Numbered from the stretch's first letter, positions 39,818 to 51,600 are shown. The stretch: 64,000 nt of DNA from Felis catus (GCF_018350175.1 NC_058368.1:197286001-197350000), one strand, 5' to 3'. Notes: generated from the sequence alone by a model not told the origin. Numbers and translations: made by a program.

Positions 39818-41079
39818 GCCCCCCCCCACCCCGTTCTGGACTCTTCCACATCAGTGTTCTTCTTCCTTCCGCATCTTTAGTCTACTCCTCTCTAGTCCTA
39901 TTGGTGTGAAGCAGAGCTCTATTCTGGGCTTAGTTTGATTAAATTGCTGCTTTCCCCCCAATGCCTGAGGAAACAGAAGGCATGTGTGGTGCATGTTGTG
40001 GAGTCTGCCTGGATCCCCACCTATCACGACTGGCCCACTCCGTCCCCCAGTGGCTGGCGGCTTTCGTGGTTGACAGCTCTCAGCTGAGTCCCCCTCTGGA
40101 GCTTGCCTAGAATGGAAGAGTGCCTTCTCCAGTTCATACCCTCCCTCCCCACGCCCCGGGTCAGCCTGCCCTCAATGACTGGCCATTACGAGGATGTAGC
40201 CGGTCCAGTGACTAGTCATTATCAGGTACCCTTGTCCCAGGAAGACTCTGCAGGGCCTGCCTACTCCCGAGCTCCCTGTAGGAACCCGCCGAGGACTCTG
40301 TTGCGTGTGCTTCGCAGGCCACTCCATCCTCTGCCTTGTCCTGTTTTTCCACACCCCCACCCACAGGGATCCTGTGAGCAGAACGCCATACGCTTCCTGC
40401 CTGCGAATCTTCTTCTCAGAGTCTGCCTCTTGGGCACTGACCTGCTGCAGCAGGCTTTTCAGATTGGGGGAGGAAAAATCGATCGATGTGCAGATTGGTT
40501 TCATCTGCTTGGAACATCGAGCCCAGCCTGAGAAAATTCAGCTCCTGGGTTCAGTCCAAGCTACGTTTGGATTACGTAGCTTAAAACAAACTCAGTTGTG
40601 CAAATACAAGTTGCGAGAGATTCGGTCAGGCAGCTGTTTGGAAAACAACTAAGAGTTTCCATGATTTTTTAGTTCATCCGTTCATTCATTCATTCACTCA
40701 TTCACTTAAGAGTGCCTATCCCATGCCAGGCACCATGTTGCACGGTGGGAAGGGGGCAGCAGGAACGTGAACACTCCGATTTAGGACTACAATCTCCAAA
40801 GTAAATACACAGGGGGCAGAAATAGGAATAAAAGGAATAGGTGGGCAGACGCCTGGGGAGTCAGAGGTGAGGAACTGAGGGGTCCGTGGGGTCGTGCTCC
40901 CATCCCGTGCTAAGTGAAGTCTCCAGACTTTGAAGGACCAGCTGCGGGGGAGTTCTGACGGCCTCGACTCTCCAAGTGTGGTCCAAAGAGCAGCACACAG
41001 GCACCGCAGGCAAGCCCCACTGGAACTTCTCACCCCTTCGTGGACCCAGGATCAGGACCTGCATCTTGCCAGTTCCCAG

Positions 41080-41540
41080 GTATTTTCGTTTCCTCTGGCT
41101 GCTGTAACAAATGATGAACTTAGGGGCTTCAAATAACACAGCTTTCTAGTCTCAGAGTTCTGGAGGTCAGAAGTCCGAAGCGGGTCTCCCGGGGCTAAAA
41201 TCAGGGCGGTGTTCCTCTTGGAAGTTCTAGGGGAGAATCCGTCCCATGTCTTTTGGCTTCCCACATTCCCCGTCTCAAGGCCCCATCTTCCATCTACAAC
41301 CAGCATGGTAGCAGTATCTTTAAATTGCTTTCTCTGATTCTGACCTCTGGCTTCTGGGTTTCTTCTTCTGAGTCTGACCTTCCTACTTCCCTTGTGATTA
41401 CATCTGGTCAACCCAAACAACGTCCCTTTCTCGAATTCCTTAACTTAAACCTATCCACCAGGTCCCTCTAGCCACGTAAGGTAACAGAGTCACAGGTTCT
41501 GGGGACTAAGACATCTTTGGGGGGCGTTATTCTTCCCAGA
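41080..41540 (-). mobile_element. MLT1 (ERVL-MaLR) LTR inserted in a MER5A remnant (about 40960-41585)
   Basis: ggctgctgtaacaaatg...gttctggaggtcagaagtccga...aaggtaacagagtcacaggttctgggga. Confidence 0.85.
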
Positions 41541-42134
41541 TGCCAGATCATTAATGTCCATATTCCAGTTTGAGAAGCCCTGGTCCATTGTATGTAAATG
41601 GTTTCCTTTCCTGCTTTCCCTGGATGTTCACGTATTGTTGAAACCTTTTAAGTGAAGTGCACGTATGATAAATTTGTTTTGCTTGTTTGCTCAACCTCTG
41701 GGCATATGTGGTTCTGTGGAGGTTAAGATAATTCTGATCTTTATTACTGCACAGATGTTGCTTGAGGGAGGGGTTGGGGGTTGGGATGCTGTGGATACGT
41801 GTCTGGTTTATATCCTCCCGGCTGTCTTAAGTGGTGAAGCCTCCAGTATGTGCTGCTGCTGGCTGGAATGTTTGAGAAAAGCCATCTCTGTCAATTGCTA
41901 GCTGCAAGACCTTGGAGAAGTCACCTGACTTTGCTCACACAACCCTTTCGTTGCTTATAAAATGGCGCGTCCAACTCCTGTGTTATTAAGATTGAGGATT
42001 TAATCAATAGGGAACCCCTGAACAACTGTAAGTCATTTTTTTTTTTTTTTGGTTATTTATGGATGCTGAAGCTTGCAGATGAAAGGGACCCTCTCGCAGT
42101 CTTTTCATTGGAAGAGCTAGACTTCCTGCATGTG

Positions 42135-42148
42135 CTGCCCCCTTGTGG
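42135..42148 (-). promoter_or_regulatory. CTCF core motif, copy B
   Basis: Minus strand reads CCACAAGGGGGCAG; shares the ggttaaggc flank with copy A. Confidence 0.65.
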
Positions 42149-42692
42149 TTAAGGCTTTTAATTCACTTTGGTGTATATCAGAGATGAAGAGGAGACCTGA
42201 GGGGACATTTAGATCCCTGAAATCTACACCTGGGCCTGTCCCTTATCCCTGCAAAAGAAACCCCTGGAGAATTATTTGCTGACATCTGAAAGCACATCAG
42301 AATTACCTGGAATGGGTCTAGTCAGAGATTCTGATTCACTAGGGCTGGGTAAGATCTAGGCATCTGAATTTTGATAAATCTCTCTAAATGGATAGAATAT
42401 GAACTACTCTTATGACTCCTTTTGGCTGATGTAAGCTTGGGTTCTATTAACAGAAGTACAATACATGAAACAAAGGAGGGGACAGGGCCTCAGAGCTGTG
42501 TATAGACAGCTGGCTGGAGATCTGGGGACTCCACTTCCAAAGGAACTTGAACAAAGTCATCCCGGGAACAAGACCCGAATGGGTGGGGACCCAAAGCAAC
42601 ATTACATAAGGAATGCAAGGAAAGCACCAAAGGGAAAATGGTTGACTTTTCCAACGTCACCCAATGAAATTTATCAATGAAAACACCTAGAT

Positions 42693-42820
42693 GGGTACCT
42701 GGGTGGCTCAGTCCATTAAGGGTCTGGCTCTTGATTTCAGCTCAGGTCATGATCTCACCATTTGTGGGATCAAGCCCCACATCGGGCTCTACACTGACAG
42801 CATGGAGCCTGCTTGGCGCG

Positions 42821-42862
<42 letters not shown>

Positions 42863-43181
42863 CTCCTCTGCTCATGCATGCACACACCCTCTCTAAAACA
42901 AAACCCCAAACCCAAAACAAAACACCTAGAAAAGGAAAGAGACACACATTTCCTTTTTTTTAATTTTAATTTTTTTCTTGACACAGAGAGAGCACATGCA
43001 CACGTGTGCGTGTGCTCAAGCATAAGCGGGGGAGGGGCAGAGAGAGAAGGAGAGAGAATCTCAAGCAGGCTCCACACTCAGCTTGGAGCCTGACTGGGGC
43101 TTGATCTCACGACTGTGAAATCATGCCCTGAGTCAAAATCAAGAGTCGGGTGCTTAACCGACCCAGTCACCCAGGTGCCCC
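42693..43181. mobile_element. Inverted (tail-to-tail) Can-SINE pair: 42693-42918(+) and 42953-43181(-)
   Basis: The first has TSD aaaacacctaga; both bodies are recognisable. Confidence 0.9.
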
Positions 43182-43844
43182 TCCTTTTGCTTGCAACAGA
43201 TTCGCTAGATCACAAAGGCCAAATATCTTAATGACGAAAATGGTTGACCGTGGGATTTCATTCTTCTTTCTTAAGTAAACTGCTTGCAAAATTCGTGTCT
43301 ATCAAAAATGTCGGCAAGTCAAGGAGTACGGAGAGAAATACAGCTAGGGTGACTAGGCTGGATGCCTTTGTCTGAGGTAATGAAAGGAATCTTCCTGATG
43401 ATCTGAAGACAGCAAGACCCAGTTTCACTTGGATGCATTTCCTTGTAGACTTTCTGATTGGAACTCTGAGATTTTGTCTCTATCACGGCTGATAGGCACA
43501 TTCTACTCACCAACGATGCCTCCTCAGAGTCTAGACTCATGGAAAACATGCCAAACACCAGCGTAACAGTGATCGCGCACACACACGTGCACGTGCAAGA
43601 TTTGCACAAGTAAACAACCCACCTATAAACCCCATTTTAAGTCCTCACAACCGTTTTATGAGGGAGAACTTTTTTGTGATCTCCACGTAACTATTACTAT
43701 CGTTGTTATTTAGAAAGGAGGGACTATGCCAAGCAATATACAACTTGAAAATGGCAGAGCCAGGATTCGAACTTTGGTCTTCTGACCACAAAGCGAAGGC
43801 CCAAACGGACCTCTGAGAGGTACGAACACACCGGAGTGGAGGCT

Positions 43845-44285
43845 GTCCTAGCAAGCTGCCCAAACTGGGTGGCTTAACACAACAGAGATGTTATCGTCTC
43901 ATAGTTCTGAGGGCTGGAAGTCCCAAATCAAGGGGTCTGCGTGGCTGTGCCCCCTCTGAAGCCTGCAGGGAGAATCATCCCTTGCCTCTTTCTGGCCTCC
44001 GGTGGTTTGTTGGCAAATCCCGGGCGGTCCTGGGCTTGTGGATGCGTAACTCTACTACCCTAGTTGTTGCAGACGCTTCTGCTTGTGATGTCTTCACGGG
44101 GTGTTCTTTTTATAAGGACACCAGTCATATTGGCTCAGGGGCCGACCCTACTCCAGAATGAACTCAACTTAAATCATTATATCTACAACAATCCTAATTT
44201 GAAATAAAGTCACGTTCTGAGGCACTGGGGGGTTCAGTCTGCAGTATATCATTTTTTGGAGGGGGCAGAATACCACCCGTGACAC
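43845..44285 (-). mobile_element. MLT1 LTR
   Basis: caaactgggtggcttaacacaacagag...tataaggacaccagtcatattgg...gtcacgttctgaggcactgggggtt. Confidence 0.85.
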
Positions 44286-44509
44286 AGTCTTTCAGTTTTT
44301 CTCTTGAACTATATAGTTCCCAAGTGTATATCTTATTAGCCCGACCAGATTGTAAGTTTCCCGAGGGAAACAAATTCAGTTTTACCTCAGAAGGGTCCAA
44401 CTGGCTGCTCGTGGGTTGGATTTGGCTGGCAGCCATGTTTGTCTGCTCCAAAGTACTGGCCTATGCACGGTGCTTTGGAAGAGTTTCTGACTTGGTTTGG
44501 GAACACTAA

Positions 44510-44590
44510 TTTTTTTAATACTTACAGTGTTATATCAGTTTCCAGTGAACAACATAATGATTCAACAATCCCACGCAATCCTCAAAACAC
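44510..44590 (-). mobile_element. Short L1 3' terminus with poly(A), fused to the U6 copy
   Basis: T-run followed by acagtgttatatcagtttccagtgaacaacataatgattcaaca, which resembles the L1 3' end at about 11670-11710 of this window. Confidence 0.7.
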
Positions 44591-44675
44591 GCGAATTTGT
44601 GTGTCATCCTTGCATAGGGGCCATGCCGATCTCTGTATCCTTCCAATTTTAGTACATGGGCTGCTGAAGCAAGCC
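44591..44675 (-). pseudogene. RNU6: U6 snRNA retropseudogene (3'-truncated), 5' part of a U6/L1 chimera
   Basis: Reverse complement reads GCTTGCTTCAGCAGCCCATGTACTAAAATTGGAAGGATACAGAGATCGGCATGGCCCCTATGCAAGGATGACACACAAATTCGC, a diverged match to U6 nt ~3-88. Confidence 0.92.
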
Positions 44676-45650
44676 TAGTTTGTGACCATTAAAAAGTTTG
44701 GGAACTTCACCTGACAATCTCGATGTCTGGTTTCCGTGACAAATCAGAATGTCTGGCCATATGCCAGAGGAACATGGCCCCTCACTCTTTGTTGCCTGGA
44801 GCCTAGCAGGGGCTTCTTAGATGGGGCAGTGACTTTTCTCGCACCACAGATATATTTATACCTTATTGATTCTGCTTCTCCGGAGAACCTCGGTTAATAT
44901 ACTCTTCACTCTGAAATACGTGTCTAATGCCTAAGCTTCTCTTAACCTGTCACTCTGGTTCAAGCCATCATTATCTCTCTCCTGGATGTTGTAATTGCTG
45001 CATACCTGGAATCCCAGCTCTAGCCTGTTTTTCAAGGAGAAGCCAGGTGACCCTTTAAAAGCATAAGTCCATCATGAGACGCCTCTATTTAGTATCCTCC
45101 ATTGTCTCCCATGTCACTCGCAGGAGAAGCTTAAGTCCTTTGATGGCCTTCAAGGTCCTGTGCAATCTGGCCTCCACCTGCTTTCTCTAACCTCATCCCT
45201 ACACCCTGCCCTGCCTCATGGACTCCGACCACACATGCTTTTCCTTTCACTTGCCACCCATGTTCCAGCCTCAGGGCCTTTGCACCTGCTGCTTTCTCTG
45301 TCTGGAAAGCCCTTTGTTCAGGTTCATTCATTTGAGTTACCCAGACACAGAAGACCACTGGTTTCGTGCATCTCAAGAGAAGCAATGACTTTTTCCAGAA
45401 CGGACTTGCCAAAATGTGTGTCTCAGCTGCCTGCCACAGGGTGTCATCTGGGACAGACGGGCTTCCTTTGGTTAGTCTTGGTCATTTACAATTTCCGATC
45501 ACTGTTGTTGCACTTGTGTAAGAATGGCATGTAGGCAAGTCGAGGAGAAGTGATAAGTCTGAGCATTTGTCGTCATGTGCCAGTTAAGCCATGGTTTCTT
45601 TTCACTGTCTGATTCTCATGTACCTCCCAAAGTTTGAGTGACAGCTTTCT

Positions 45651-45879
45651 TTTTTTCTTAATTTTTTTTTAATCTTTATTTTTGAGAGAGAGAGAGAGAG
45701 AGAGACAGAGTGCGAGTAGGGGAGGAACGGAGAGAGGGAGACACAGAATCCAAAACAGGCTTCAGGCTCCGAGCTGTCAGCACAAAACCCGATGCGGGGC
45801 TCAAACTCAGAAACCGTGAGATCACGACCTGAGCTGAAGTCAGACGCTTAACCGACTGACTGAGCCACCCAGGCGCCCC
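45651..45879 (-). mobile_element. Feline Can-SINE
   Basis: TSD gagtgaca(g/a)ctttct. Confidence 0.93.
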
Positions 45880-46960
45880 TCGAGTGACAACTTTCTAAAG
45901 AAACTCTAGTTCTTTTATCTTAGGCCCAAGAGAACACTGCTAAAACGCTACAACACTGCTTTGATGAAGGACAAGGCATGGGATATGATGGGAAGTGGCT
46001 ACTTTACACAGATGTGCACAGAGACAACATGCCCCACGGTAGCACTGTGATCTGAGAGACCCTGTCCCTCTGGCCTCCCTGCCCCCGCCTCAGCCCTCTT
46101 CTCTTGGGCCTTCTATCGTGGCCAGAAAGCTCTGAGGGTTCCCTATCAGATCATCTAATCATTTTTCATTGCAGTTGTGGAAGGAGCTCGTGTATTGGAG
46201 AAATGAAGCTCCTTAGCTGTGGAAGCGATTAGATCTGGCTCCAGTCCTCAATCTGACATTCATAGATGGTGGGGCTTTGGACAAGTTGTCCGCCCCTCTT
46301 TATGAGTTTCCTCACTTACGGAAGAGAGCTGGTAGTGCCTATGTTATGGGGCTGCTACGGGATTTAAATGAGGTAATATATGGTGAGTGGCTGGTCCGTG
46401 GCAAAGTCAGTTGACTATGAGTCAAGACGAGTCAGCATTGAAACCGAAGCCCAACCCTGCCACCTGGGGCTGAGCTGGTGTGTGCAATAGACACTCGTGA
46501 CCACACCAGTGAGACTGACCCCCGGGCTAGCCTGCACACTGTCACCTCCGTGCCCCTCCCAGAATATAAACGCGGCCAGGCCACCTCCCTCCTTAAAATG
46601 CTCGTGAGGCTGACCTGCACGGAGCCCGCACGCCAGTGGTTGGGATGCTGCCTCCTCTCGGCTGCACCTCCTCCCTCTTATGGTCACTCACCACTGAACT
46701 TTGTGCGAGGCATTAAGAAAATAAGTAATTAGCGAGCCTTGAGCTTGGATGTTAGGTCAGTCGTGCCTCTGCCGATCTTGTTGACATTGAACCATAGTTT
46801 TTCGGCCTCCTTGGGAAGATGTCATGGAAGGTTTTCTGTACTGCATCTGATTCTGTACCGGCTGCAAACTCTGCTTTGTCCCCAAAGGAAAAGAGGCTGG
46901 TCTGGTGGGAGCAGGTTTTTGTGCATACCTGTAACCTTACCATACCTGGTCCTCTGTCTT

Positions 46961-47633
46961 CTCGTCTGTAAGGTGCTGGGCTCCATCAGGCGATTTCCCA
47001 GGTTCCTCCTGACTTTAGGAGTAGGGGCTGGGGTTCTGCACGCACCCCCCTGCCCCCCCCCATGAGGGGTTGGCTCCCTGATGCTCTTGGGGCCGAGGTG
47101 AGACGCTGCGCCCACAGCTCCGGTGTCGCCCAGATCGCTCAGGGAGGTGTTTGCAGAGAGAGGCCGGGTGGGGATCACTTGCTCATTGGCAGGCAAGTCC
47201 GTGAGGGCCAAGGCAGTCAGGGGGAAACCAAGCACAGCAGCCTTGCTTCCTGGGATGCTCCCTGCCCTCCTCCCCCACCCCGGCCGCCCCCACAGGAACC
47301 AAACTGTGTATCTCAATCCTAGAATGTGAGGAATGTGCCAGAGCCTGCTAGGCATGGAGCAATCTGCAGAGAGGCAGGGAGGAGCTCTGCTCCCTGGTCA
47401 GAGGCCTGACAGAGCCAGGACTATGGGTCCTGAGGGCTGGGCTGCCCCTCCCACCCTCCCTGGGCCTCCTGCTGCAGCTGGATATCAAAGGCTGCTTTGT
47501 GCACCGAACTGGGGTTTGGTCCTTCGTGTGCCAGGGAGGAGGCGGGAGGAGGGACACCGCTGGGAGGCTGTCCCCTCCCAGCTCTTCTGGCTGGTGTTCC
47601 CAGGGGCCTTGGCCTGGGGAGGATGATGCACAC
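46961..47633 (+). promoter_or_regulatory. SH3TC2: SH3TC2 proximal promoter and 5'UTR
   Basis: GC-rich, non-repetitive sequence directly upstream of the start codon, with GC/CACCC boxes and a SOX dimer motif. The transcription start site cannot be determined from sequence. Confidence 0.8.
47484..47500. promoter_or_regulatory. Putative SOX10 (SOXE) dimeric site in the SH3TC2 promoter
   Basis: ATCAAAG-gctg-CTTTGT: inverted SOX half-sites with a 4-bp spacer. SH3TC2 is a Schwann-cell gene known to be SOX10-regulated. Confidence 0.65.
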
Positions 47634-47685
47634 ATGGGTGGCTGCTTCTGTATTCCCGGGGAGCCGAGTCTGTCCTGGGGCCCAG
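47634..47685 (+). CDS. SH3TC2: SH3TC2 coding exon 1 (MGGCFCIPGEPSLSWGP|G)
   Basis: ATG at 47634; 52 nt ending at the CAG|gtgagt donor. Peptide matches the recalled human N-terminus MGGCFCIPRERSLTRGPG, including the Gly2/Cys lipid-anchor motif. Confidence 0.96.
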
Positions 47686-48152
47686 GTGAGTCTCCTGGGG
47701 GGGCCCGGGCCCGTGGCTTGGCTGAGGTGGTTGGTCCAGGGAAGGCTCAGGGATCTGCTGGGTTGGGGAAGTTGCTTTCCCCGAGACGGGGAGATGGCCG
47801 TGCTTTCTGGCTCCCTCTCCTCCGTCCCTCATTCAGTATTTGCCGTTCCGATTTTGTGAGAAGGGAGTTGAGCCTGGGAAGCTTCTACTTTTCCTGAAGG
47901 GAGAGGCTTTGAGCTCGCTCTGTGGGGAGCCAGAGCGGCTCTTGGCTGCCGCTTGCAGGGTGTGACTAACCCCTTCCGTCCTTTCTTCCCAGGATTCCCT
48001 AGGTCAGGAAGAAACCTCAGGGCAGCCAGTCTCTGGGGCCCATGCGTGGTCACAAATTTGGCCTCCGTCCCACAACCCTATTTGCATCAGGGTCGCTGTT
48101 ACCTGAGAAAAACAGGCAATTTCCTGCCTCCTACCTATTACAGAGTGATATA

Positions 48153-48210
48153 TTTTTTTTAAGTTTGTTTATTTACTTTGAGAGAGAGAGAGAGAACTGG
48201 GGGGAGGGGC

Positions 48211-48247
<37 letters not shown>

Positions 48248-48370
48248 CAAGCAGGCTCTGCACTGTCATGGCAGAGCCCGATGTGGGGCTCAAATTCACA
48301 AACTCGAGCTCATGATCTGAAGAGAAATCAAGAGTCAAACACTTAACCGACTGAGCCACCCAGGTGCCCC
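48153..48370 (-). mobile_element. Can-SINE in SH3TC2 intron 1
   Basis: SINE body. Confidence 0.9.
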
Positions 48371-48372
48371 GA

Positions 48373-48463
48373 TTTCTTTCTTTCTTTTTCTTTCTCTCTC
48401 TTTCTTTCTTTTCTTTCTTTCTTTCTCTCTTTCTTTCCCATTCTTTCTTTCTCTCTCTCTTTT

Positions 48464-48519
<56 letters not shown>

Positions 48520-48532
48520 TCCTCTCTCTTTC

Positions 48533-48568
<36 letters not shown>

Positions 48569-48600
48569 TCCCTCTTTCTTTCTCCCCCCCCCCCCCCCCT
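48373..48600. repeat. Compound (TTTC)n/(TC)n polypyrimidine repeat ending in a C-run
   Basis: About 230 bp, almost entirely pyrimidine. Confidence 0.95.
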
Positions 48601-51600
48601 TTCTTGGTACATCTTGAGACCATGGAGAGTTGTTGCTCTGTGAAATTGTCAAGTCATCTGAGACTTGACATTAGGTGACCAACCATCCCAGTTTGCCTGG
48701 GCCCGAGGGCTTTCTCAGGATGCAGTCAGTGCTAAACGCAGGACAGTCCCAGGCAACCAGCGTGGTTAAGTCACCCCAACGCAAGCTTCTTGCTTCTTTT
48801 CAGAGCAAGGCCAAGGTGGGGCCCTGCCATCTGGGGTATGGCATTTATCAGGATGTGTGGCAGCTTTGAGGGAAGCTGGCAGAGTCAGGGAGGACTTACT
48901 TGGGAAATAAGAGAGCACCATGCCAAGGAATCATTCCTAACCCTTGTTAGGATTCCATGTCTTCCAGAAGTACCACGTGATTCCTTGGAAGGGGAGCCCA
49001 GGAGGACCCCGAGCCAAGGCAAACAAATTCCCAAATGATGCCCGTAGCACAAAAGACATGATCTTTAGCTGTGAAAACATTTTGTTTCTCCAGACTTCTA
49101 AGGTTTATAAACTGTTCGGATCCTTCCCCTAAGTCCTGCTGCCATTGTACCCCATGGGAACAGACAGTGAACGGAGTGTGGGGGCACAGGAAGGATCACT
49201 GGTCCGCAAGCCAGTGATCCAGAGCTGACTCAGCCTACCTTTAACTGGGCAGGCATCATCAGGGTTAATCGCCTGGTCTTTGAGGCCAAAGCATCCGGGT
49301 TTGATCTTGGTTCTTTGACTTGCCTTAGCAATTTACTCAACCTCTCTGTTTCAGTTTCCTTGTCTATAGGTTTGTGATGTAATTATGCATTCCCCAGAGA
49401 GCTGTGGTAGGGATTAAGCCTACGTGTGAAACACTTAAACCGACCTGGCACACGGTTAATTAAGCACAAGAAATTAAGCACATATGGATTACATTTCTAT
49501 GACCCTAACGTACCAAGCTCTCTCTCTAGGTCTTTGTTTGCTCATCTATAAGATGAGGCGTTGTAGGCTCGGCCTGCAAAGGAGCCCTAGGGAGCTCTGC
49601 TCCTGCTCTCTGACCCTCAGGTTCAGCTGGAGCAGCTCTGCCTCTGTCTGACACCCTGTCCTCAGCCCAAGATTTCAGGTACAAGAGTTCTGTGGCCCCA
49701 AACCAACCGACACTGAAGAAAGCATCCTCAGAGTTCTTAGGACCTTATTGACCAGATATTTTATTGTTTCACCTGAATTGTGACGTCAGTAAGTGGTTGG
49801 GATCCTGAATCCACTAGTTCGCCAAGAGTCAACCTGCTATGTACTTTATTGAGGCTTTTCGTGCCATTTTCCAAACTGTTTTCTGTGCTTGTCGGGGACT
49901 TTCCCTAGGGAGGATGATATGGCTGTTGTAGGTCTGAGGACTGTTGATATAAACATCGCCTTTTCGGCCCCCCATTTATCCCGGAAACATGGAACAAGGT
50001 ATGCGACACATCCTGGAGCGACTCTGTAGTTCTGTGACTTTGGGCAAGTCTCTTGCACTCTTCAAACCTTGGTTTCCCATCTGTAACCTGGATCTAATGG
50101 TACATCCATCATACGGAATTTTTGGTGAGGATTAAATCAGCTAACTCATCTCATGGGTTAAGTACAGGGGCTGGGTTCCGATAACCCCTCAGTAATTGTG
50201 GGCTGTTTTCTTGTTCACTAGAAAAGGCTATTCCCACAACCCTTGTCCCTAACTCCTGGCTCCACAGTGGCCCTGTTTCTGGCTGCTTCTGCCATGACAG
50301 CTGTTTAAAGGGGAGCAAAGAGCAAAGGCCAACAGTCCTCAGGGTGAGGGAGGCAGGAAAGGAGAAGGCTCTTGGTAGCACTGAGCTCTGGACCGATGCC
50401 TCGCCGGCTTGCTGGGGTGTCACACAGTGAGGAGTGTTGGCTCTGGCGACCCCAGGTGATATGTATTCTCACACATGGGCTCTGCCTGAAGCGTCTGTTC
50501 CCTGGGACGTTTCTCATTTCCTCACAAAGATCTCCCAATTGCACATGCTGGTTCTGGTCAATTGCCGTCTTGTCTGACTTCCTGGACCCTTGGGTACTCT
50601 CGCCACAGTTTAATAAATTATAGTTGCTCCCTTAGGAGCCCGGAGCAAGTCATGTCAAAGTTCATCAATCTAAAAGCTCCTAGCACTGCCCCCTTGCCTT
50701 CAACACATTCTTGAAGAAATTTGGCAGCCTTACACTCTGAAACGGAGGATGTGAGAGAGAACATTTGCCTACGTTGATCATTGGTGGTTTTAACTTTCAA
50801 CATTTTTGGTAGACGTGAATCATGAGTATAATAATAGGAAATTGAGGGAGAATGCTGCCAATAGTAAATGATGCTTCGTATTTGAACTTTAAAAAGCTTG
50901 TGAGGCATTTCGAACTTACTCATAATAGAGAATATCAGAACAATAAACCAACCGTCTAGCTTTAGCATGTTTTGAACATTATACCATATTAGCTTCAGAA
51001 TATCTTTATTTTATTCTCTTACTTAAAAAAAAAAACGTTGCAGACACAAGTAGGGTCCCCTGGTAGTTCTCTCCTAGTCTCATTTCCCTCCCCCTCTCTC
51101 TCCCTAAAGTTAATTACTTTCATTAATTCAGCGGTTTCGTGCTTTTAGTACATGTCCATGTACCCGTAATCATTGCAAAGAATTTCTTCTGCAGATTTTG
51201 ATACTTAAACAAGATGATAGCATCGTGCAACTTCTTTTTTCCCTCTTCCTCAACATTAGGATTGGAGCTATGTCCGTGGAGATAGATGTAGCTGTAGTTC
51301 TAATTTGATACTTGCCCCAACCAGGGCAGAGTAGGCTTACATCATAAAAACTTCCGGTGCTGTGACTGTCAGGTCAAAGAAGGAAAAAGTACGTAGGTGG
51401 GGGGAAGAAAGCACGCAGGGCCACACTTGCTTCTTAAAGTCGGGGTGGTGGGTAAGAGCAAGGAGGGGAGAAGTAAGCACAGATGCTTTTGTCCAGCAAG
51501 TTTCTGGAAGGGAGATGCTTCCAGATTAGAGACTTCAGAGCCCTGAATTCCCAGTTAGGGTTAAGGTAATGGTGGCAGCGAGGTCCGCCGCCAGTGATCT

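Noticed and set aside
40558..40582. Short inverted repeat aagctacgt-N7-acgtagctt
   Set aside because: 9-bp arms are plausible by chance in 64 kb and too short for a pre-miRNA.
44591..44675. Functional U6 snRNA gene
   Set aside because: 3'-truncated, many substitutions, fused to an L1 tail inside a TSD, and no PSE/TATA promoter seen.
46822..47355. 177-aa minus-strand ORF with a near-identical twin at 19586-19930
   Set aside because: The similarity follows from the duplicated GC-rich promoter. The frames diverge at the C-run indel, and there is no recognisable protein.
48159..48678. K/E/R-rich and F/L/S-rich ORFs
   Set aside because: Translations of the (TTTC)n repeat and the adjacent SINE.
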